From positions 1 to 32,843 of IMG/VR virus record IMGVR_UViG_3300012953_000105: 32,843 nt of DNA; one strand, 5' to 3'. Made by a program: the position numbers and the translations under genes. Positions 27,850 through 32,843 of this stretch are shown one piece after another. Positions within the stretch are counted from its first letter, which is position 1. Each line of letters opens with the position of its first letter. Under the pieces are notes generated by a model. The model was not told the DNA's origin and made no database searches. It saw only the letters and a list, made by a program, of their open reading frames with translations. This stretch comes from a virus (lineage: Duplodnaviria > Caudoviricetes).

Positions 27850-28152
27850 CTATTGTTCCTCTTCTTCGATAATGCCGCCGGTCAAAAGATTGGCAACAGC
27901 CAAAATTTGGTCTCTTGACTTTTTGATATCTTTATGAACAGTCCTTATCTGTGGACTATCATCAAAGAGCGGAATTTCTAAGACCTTAGATATAGATTCA
28001 TATCTTTCATCAAGAACATCCAGACACTCTTCAACAGCATCCTCCACCTTCAAAATGGTAATACCAAACTTATATGCATAAAATGCGAGTACGCATGTAC
28101 TCGCAAAAAATAGGCAAGATGATATTGCTAATAACGTCTCAAGTCCCGTCAA
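27850..28152 (-). CDS. Small membrane-anchored protein with coiled coil (~100 aa; TTG start at 28152 preferred over the track's 28176)
   Basis: Hydrophobic LLAISSCLFFASTCVLAFYAY segment, then amphipathic helices. TTG at 28152 is preceded by G-rich GGGTGGGGGT and overlaps the end of the GT gene. Confidence 0.65.
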   Translation of the reverse strand: MTGLETLLAISSCLFFASTCVLAFYAYKFGITILKVEDAVEECLDVLDERYESISKVLEIPLFDDSPQIRTVHKDIKKSRDQILAVANLLTGGIIEEEEQ

Positions 28153-29374
28153 TTCTACCCCCACCCGGCATGCCAAAAGTCATGGGAGCTTTATGCTCAG
28201 TGGGTAAAACTGTGGCGAGCTTTTCATTGTAAATCGAAAAGATATTCTTCAAAGAAAAATCTTCAGCTATTTGTGGGGCAGCAGACTGAGCCCACTCTGT
28301 TGGTGGCCCAGGAGACTTTCTAAATTTAGTCAGCCTTGACTTGAAGTGTCCCTCTTTGACATTTGCCCATTGAGCACCATTCATAAATATCTGATTATCT
28401 ACCTTATGAGCTGGTACCGGTACCATGTCGAAATCCAGCGAAAGAAACTTAACTTGCTTCATAAAATCTAAATGTCCTGACCAGTTTGTTGCTATGACAG
28501 GCAGCCCGCAAACTGCTGCATCGAGTATTGGTAATCCCCACCCTTCACCTCTTGTTGGCGCTACGAGTGCTTTTACACTCTCATGGCGGTACAACGAAGC
28601 AATTTCACTTTCGTCCATTAGTCCATGAGCAAGATAAAATCGCGGACCTGGTCCTCTTCTAACCTGACTTAGTAATTCCCTTAATATACCAGTAGACTGC
28701 TCTCTATCTTTAACATTCAATCTTCCTGTATTCGTCTTTATTATGATCCCTACTTCTGGGTCATTTTGAAAAACTTCAGCCAGCCACTTTATGTTATAAA
28801 ACGTATTTTTGCGATCGGTTTCGGGGTCCTGACCTGTAATCTGACCAAACACAAGCAGATTGAATTTCGTTGGAATATTTTGCATATTATTGGATAACGC
28901 GATGGAACCCTCGGTCTGGGCTAAGTCGCATGTAAATGCTTCAGGAATAGAAGATATGTGGTCAGGTGAAAGTCCTGAATCAATAAAAATCTTTCGAGTG
29001 AATTCGCTTGGAACAACAATATGATCCATTCTGTTACATGCTTGTACCCACTCTGGATTGCAAATAGTGGTCTCAACACCAGCTGTAATACCAATATTTA
29101 TTTTTGCTATTTCCGGGTCCCATTCATTTGGTAGCTGAATCTGAAGTGACAAGTCTGGCTTGGGCGCGCCGTCAGGTAGCGGGTGGGTGGTGGTCATAAT
29201 TCGACCAATCAGCCCACCATGTGCATCGGGATTTATAAAATAAGGGTTCATTCCCCAGGGTAGTACATGTGAACATATGTTCCACCCACGAGATTCTGCC
29301 CATTGAAAAACCTGGCGAGAATGCTCACCATACCCACTAATTGAAAGAAGCGGACCTCTTATAACAACATCCAT
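28139..29374 (-). CDS. Glycosyltransferase, GT-B fold, GT4-like (411 aa)
   Basis: SGYGEHSR N-terminal loop, DHIVVPSEF, DRKN, and LVAPTRGEGWGLPILDAAVCGLPVIATNWSGHLDF (E-x7-E motif with D at the second position). Confidence 0.9.
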   Translation of the reverse strand: MDVVIRGPLLSISGYGEHSRQVFQWAESRGWNICSHVLPWGMNPYFINPDAHGGLIGRIMTTTHPLPDGAPKPDLSLQIQLPNEWDPEIAKINIGITAGVETTICNPEWVQACNRMDHIVVPSEFTRKIFIDSGLSPDHISSIPEAFTCDLAQTEGSIALSNNMQNIPTKFNLLVFGQITGQDPETDRKNTFYNIKWLAEVFQNDPEVGIIIKTNTGRLNVKDREQSTGILRELLSQVRRGPGPRFYLAHGLMDESEIASLYRHESVKALVAPTRGEGWGLPILDAAVCGLPVIATNWSGHLDFMKQVKFLSLDFDMVPVPAHKVDNQIFMNGAQWANVKEGHFKSRLTKFRKSPGPPTEWAQSAAPQIAEDFSLKNIFSIYNEKLATVLPTEHKAPMTFGMPGGGRIDGT

Positions 29375-29377
29375 ACC

Positions 29378-30631
29378 CTATAACTCCCTTATTTCAAACC
29401 TATTAACAACACGCTTTCCAGAATGCCAATCTTCAACAAGCTGTAGCATGGTAGAGTGCCAATCATCAACGGTTTTATCAATCGAAAACTCGCTAGCAAC
29501 ATAATCCAAGACTTTATCACTTAAGACTTTCTTTTCTTCATTTGACATGCTGTATATCTTGAACAGCGCATCAGCTGTGTCTTCTACCGAAGCGTAATCC
29601 TCGTAGATGTAAGGTACATTTTGAGAGCCTACTAACGCTTTTAGTGAAATATCAAGTGCGACACCATTCTCAGTGCCATCGCGATGGTCAACGACTTGTC
29701 TTGTTAAACCACCTGTCTTTGCTGCAATGATGGGAGTACCTGTCTGCATAGCTTCTAGCGTTCCCAGGCCGAAGCCTTCCGCGAATGAAATGTTGATACA
29801 ACAGTCAGCTACATTGTGAAGAATATTCATCTGTTCAAACTCTATTCTCTCTCTAGAAAAAGTAACTCTGTCTACTATTCCGAGCATTTTCGCACATTCA
29901 ATGAGGTTTGGTCCTTCCATATCAAATGGGTCGGTATGCATTAAAAGCATAACATCTTCCCGATTTGGGACTTTTTCCAAAAATAATTTCCATGCCCAAA
30001 GCACATCTGCTGGACGCTTTCTTTTTGCATTTCTATTTACCCAAAATGCCACAAAACAATCTTTGTTCTGATACCCGAGTACCTTCTCACGCCATTGAGC
30101 TACCTCATTTTCGGGAAGCTGGTGGAAAATATCATTTGGTAGCGCATGAGGGATAAAGTTAGCACGCTCAGGAAAATTTTCTTTTACTATTTCGTACGTT
30201 GGATGTGAATGGCAATTTATAAGGTCAGTTGCAGCGTAGTACGAAGAGTTAAATTCTGGTGTAGGTCTGTTATCCCAAACATGCCAATACGCTATTGGGC
30301 ATACTTGGTGAACCTCTTCCTCCATGTCCCATAACCAAGTAAAAAATCTTGGGTCAGTAAAAATAAACAGTAGGTCTGGTTTCTCTGTAGCTAATGCCAA
30401 TCTTAGCATATTGGGGTCGCCAAAACCATCAATGGGTTTGATAATAAAATCTTCATTTATTTGCACAACATCGTAGTTGTTATGCTTCAGGGCGGCGCCA
30501 AACTGCCTTACACTCCAGCAACCCTTTTTTAGTAAACCCTCTATCAAGAACCGCGACTGACACCCTACTCCCGATGTGCTTAAAGCGTGGTCGGAAAGCA
30601 TCAATATCTTATACTTCTTTTGCTCTGTCAT
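29378..30631 (-). CDS. Glycosyltransferase, GT-B fold, GT4-like (417 aa)
   Basis: KILMLSDH...SGVG, NRNAKRKR, and ADCCINISFAEGFGLGTLEAMQTGTPIIAAKTGGL (intact E-x7-E). GAGG SD. Confidence 0.92.
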   Translation of the reverse strand: MTEQKKYKILMLSDHALSTSGVGCQSRFLIEGLLKKGCWSVRQFGAALKHNNYDVVQINEDFIIKPIDGFGDPNMLRLALATEKPDLLFIFTDPRFFTWLWDMEEEVHQVCPIAYWHVWDNRPTPEFNSSYYAATDLINCHSHPTYEIVKENFPERANFIPHALPNDIFHQLPENEVAQWREKVLGYQNKDCFVAFWVNRNAKRKRPADVLWAWKLFLEKVPNREDVMLLMHTDPFDMEGPNLIECAKMLGIVDRVTFSRERIEFEQMNILHNVADCCINISFAEGFGLGTLEAMQTGTPIIAAKTGGLTRQVVDHRDGTENGVALDISLKALVGSQNVPYIYEDYASVEDTADALFKIYSMSNEEKKVLSDKVLDYVASEFSIDKTVDDWHSTMLQLVEDWHSGKRVVNRFEIREL

Positions 30632-30653
30632 CTAATCCTCATCTGCGTGGATA

Positions 30654-30684
30654 ATCATATCATAGATTGCCCTAAAGTATATCA
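30654..30684 (-). promoter_or_regulatory. Two tandem extended -10-like elements (TGATATACT, TGATATGAT) upstream of the glycosyltransferase pair
   Basis: Minus-strand TGnTAnnnT matches at 30684-30676 and 30662-30654, in or at the edge of the 50-bp intergenic gap, followed by GAGGA SD and ATG. Confidence 0.4.
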
Positions 30685-31551
30685 CCCAGGACAATGAGTG
30701 GTATTCTTAAATTCACAAAACCGGCACGATTGGCGATTTTTAAGATAAATGCCCCTGCGCACGGTCTTTACCATACTGCGCAAAATAGACAAAGCATTTT
30801 CCTCAGCTTTTGGGCCGACGGATACTTTGACCAACTCGCAAGAATCGCCAGGTTTTCCACCACGTTTCAAAAGCACAAATCCACACTTTACTTCTTTTGT
30901 GTCTTTTTCGTTTTTGTTTTTCCAAAATGACTTGTATAAAGCAATTTGAGCCCATGTCAAAATATCACGACGCTTGCTTGCGTACCACCCTTTATCGCCA
31001 GCAGTCTTCCAGTCAATAACATAATAATATTCTTTTCCACGAATATTGACTTTTAGCACCGCATCGATAAAACCCTTAAAGAAAATATCATAGCCAGGAA
31101 AATACTCATACAATTGCTCTTCTGCTGATATTACTTCATACTCTCCAAACTCTTTTGTTAAGAATAAAGGTAAATCTGTCAAAGAAGTGTCGGCCCACTT
31201 TAACCATTTTTCTAAATAATCATGCTCTTTTGGTTTCCAACCTTGAGACTTTCGGTGGTCAGCTTGAGCCTGAATCCACTCGTCTGAATCGAAACCGTGT
31301 AGACCCCATTCACTTTTTAACTTCTCAAGTACAGCCTCTTTATCCATGACTCCAGTCTTGAGAAAATTTTCAATTCCATCATGAAGAGCCGAGCCGTATG
31401 ATAGATAAGGAGACGGCTCATCTTTTGCGACCTTGTTAATGTACGTAAGTCTGTGGTGGTGAGGGCACTCTTTCCACAGCCGCACTTCAGAAAATGAAAC
31501 GTGCGGCTTACCGGTTGGAAATATAATATCTTCTGGACTCGGAGTACTCAT
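30682..31551 (-). CDS. PD-(D/E)XK nuclease, AddB/RecB/Cas4-like exonuclease with probable Fe-S cluster (289 aa)
   Basis: HVSFSEV..W.ECP, GSALH, E...GFID, VIDWKT, Q..LY, and C-terminal CRFCEFKNTTHC give the 1+3 cysteine 'iron staple' arrangement. Confidence 0.9.
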   Translation of the reverse strand: MSTPSPEDIIFPTGKPHVSFSEVRLWKECPHHHRLTYINKVAKDEPSPYLSYGSALHDGIENFLKTGVMDKEAVLEKLKSEWGLHGFDSDEWIQAQADHRKSQGWKPKEHDYLEKWLKWADTSLTDLPLFLTKEFGEYEVISAEEQLYEYFPGYDIFFKGFIDAVLKVNIRGKEYYYVIDWKTAGDKGWYASKRRDILTWAQIALYKSFWKNKNEKDTKEVKCGFVLLKRGGKPGDSCELVKVSVGPKAEENALSILRSMVKTVRRGIYLKNRQSCRFCEFKNTTHCPG

Positions 31552-31553
31552 AT

Positions 31554-32591
31554 CTATCCCTTAAACTTCATTTTTTGCCCAGGTATCCACGCCTCTGGTT
31601 CTGGGGTTTTTCCTGCTAGCTGAAGCTCGCTTGTTGCCATCTTAAAATCTGAGGCGTGCATTAAGCTAGCGAGGTTGGAAAACTTTGTCTTAGGTTCCCA
31701 CCCAAGCTTTTCTTTTGCTTTTGTTGGGTCTCCTAAGAGTACTGGTACTTCGTGAGGACGAAATAAACGCTCATCTACTTGTACATTCTCATCGATTGGA
31801 AGGCCAGCTATCGAGAATACTTCTTCTAGCCACTCTTGAACAGAATGTGTCTCGCCGGTCGCTATGACATAATCATCTGGCTTCTCTTGTTGAAGCATTA
31901 GCCACATTGCCTCCACATAATCACCTGCAAATCCCCAGTCTCTCTTTGCGGAAAGGTTACCTAGAAATAATTTTTCTTGCAATCCAAGCTTTATTCTTGC
32001 AGCTGCTAGCGTGATCTTTCGAGTAACAAACGTTTCACCCCTACGAGGAGATTCATGATTAAAAAGAATACCGCTTGAAATATGCATATCGTAAGATTCA
32101 CGATAGTTTCTACACAGGTTGTGTGCAAATACTTTGGCACAAGCATAAGGACTTGCTGGCATTAAGATTGTATTTTCATCTTGCGGATAATTGGGGTTAT
32201 CTCCATACATTTCTGATGAAGAAGCTTGATAGACCTTTATATCTTTATTAACAAAACGAACCGCTTCAAGAATCCTTAAAGTACCCATAGCAATAGTATC
32301 TACTGTTTCTATAGGTACATCAAATGAAACGCGCACGTGAGATTGCGCCCCAAGGTTATAAAACTCTTCTGGTTCGTACTGCTCAAGTAACCTATAAAGG
32401 GTAGACGGGTCATGCAAAGAATAGTACTCAAGACAAAACATGGGATTGTTATAAATGTGGTCTAAACGATCTGTGGAGATCAGGCTTGTTCTCCTCTTAA
32501 GTCCGACAACACGATACCCTTTGCTTAGCAGCAATTCAGCGAGATACGACCCATCTTGACCAGTTATTCCTGTCACTAAAGCAGTTTTCAT
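31554..32591 (-). CDS. gmd: GDP-mannose 4,6-dehydratase (345 aa)
   Basis: [49 protein letters not shown] (YxxxK), [46 protein letters not shown]. Confidence 0.98.
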   Translation of the reverse strand: MKTALVTGITGQDGSYLAELLLSKGYRVVGLKRRTSLISTDRLDHIYNNPMFCLEYYSLHDPSTLYRLLEQYEPEEFYNLGAQSHVRVSFDVPIETVDTIAMGTLRILEAVRFVNKDIKVYQASSSEMYGDNPNYPQDENTILMPASPYACAKVFAHNLCRNYRESYDMHISSGILFNHESPRRGETFVTRKITLAAARIKLGLQEKLFLGNLSAKRDWGFAGDYVEAMWLMLQQEKPDDYVIATGETHSVQEWLEEVFSIAGLPIDENVQVDERLFRPHEVPVLLGDPTKAKEKLGWEPKTKFSNLASLMHASDFKMATSELQLAGKTPEPEAWIPGQKMKFKG

Positions 32592-32843
32592 TCCATTCCT
32601 CTTACGTTAGGATAATTCTCGATGAACCATTTACACGTCTTTTCTAGTCCATCTTCAAACGCAGTATATTGAGATCGATCCCATCCAGTTGACACAAGCT
32701 TATCATTACTACTTGGCTTTCTGAATTGACCGGCTGGCTTTGACTTATCCCAAAAAACAGGACCATCATACTCTAGATTTTGGCAAACGAGCTCAACTAC
32801 AGACGCAATACTTCTTTCCTCTGTTATACCAATATTAACAGGA
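32588..32843 (-). CDS. fcl: GDP-L-fucose synthase (GDP-4-keto-6-deoxymannose epimerase/reductase), C-terminal 84 aa, truncated by the window edge
   Basis: Manual translation from 32842: [84 protein letters not shown]. This fits the Fcl/GMER C-terminus; ATGA overlap with gmd. The catalytic region is outside the window, so a colitose-synthase-like relative is not excluded. Confidence 0.8.
   Translation of the reverse strand, partial: PVNIGITEERSIASVVELVCQNLEYDGPVFWDKSKPAGQFRKPSSNDKLVSTGWDRSQYTAFEDGLEKTCKWFIENYPNVRGME

Noticed and set aside
28153-28176. Track start at 28176 for the small membrane protein
   Set aside because: It gives a longer overlap with the GT gene and has no evident SD. The in-frame TTG at 28152 follows a G-rich SD-like stretch and places the hydrophobic helix at the N-terminus.
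1137-31349. Numerous short plus-strand and alternative-frame ORFs in the track (e.g. 1409-1900, 13554-13925, 23996-24361, 7902-8264)
   Set aside because: All overlap long minus-strand genes with recognisable motifs. Many are codon-aligned antisense shadows, and none shows a recognisable protein motif.
30682-31551. CRISPR-associated cas4
   Set aside because: No cas1/cas2 or array nearby; it is treated as a stand-alone PD-(D/E)XK nuclease.
46-32843. Stop-codon reassignment, as found in some large phages
   Set aside because: TAA, TAG (22162, 24575, 24871, 27124, 27850, 29378, 31554) and TGA (28139, 30682, 32588) all end genes immediately before the next start, and ORFs up to 8.3 kb are intact in the standard code.
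27124-32843. Eukaryotic giant virus (NCLDV) origin suggested by gmd/fcl and glycosyltransferases
   Set aside because: Contractile-tail baseplate genes, a sigma-like factor, SD motifs and overlapping stop/start codons indicate a prokaryotic virus.
1-32843. Restriction-site avoidance as a sign of anti-restriction strategy
   Set aside because: GATC, GGCC, CCGG, GCGC, GAATTC and GGATCC are all readily found by eye; no depletion is evident without formal counting.

Overview
A fragment of a large myovirus-type (contractile-tailed, probably jumbo) bacteriophage. All 18 credible CDSs (16 complete, 2 cut by the window edges) lie on the minus strand and are almost abutting. In transcription order (right to left): GDP-L-fucose synthase (partial, missing from the ORF track), GDP-mannose 4,6-dehydratase, a 4-Cys AddB/Cas4-type PD-(D/E)XK nuclease, two GT4-like glycosyltransferases, a small membrane protein, a phage sigma-like factor, a coiled-coil protein, then a baseplate/tail module. 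That module comprises a gp5/GpV-like spike, a small putative tip protein, gp25- and gp6/J-like wedge proteins, a DNRLRE-like protein, a gpI/gp7-like protein with two LamG domains, a LamG protein, a 2762-aa and a 2221-aa giant virion protein, and the start of a further gene. The most interesting signal is a strong, selective enrichment of the tripeptide [ST]-[GAS]-S in the outer virion proteins but not in the gp6/gp25 core or the enzymes. Its position beside a nucleotide-sugar pathway and two glycosyltransferases suggests a phage-encoded, sequon-directed virion O-glycosylation system; this is a hypothesis. No tRNA, rRNA, CRISPR array or mobile element was recognised. All three stop codons end genes, so the genetic code is standard. 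All product calls come from motif recognition by eye, not database searches.
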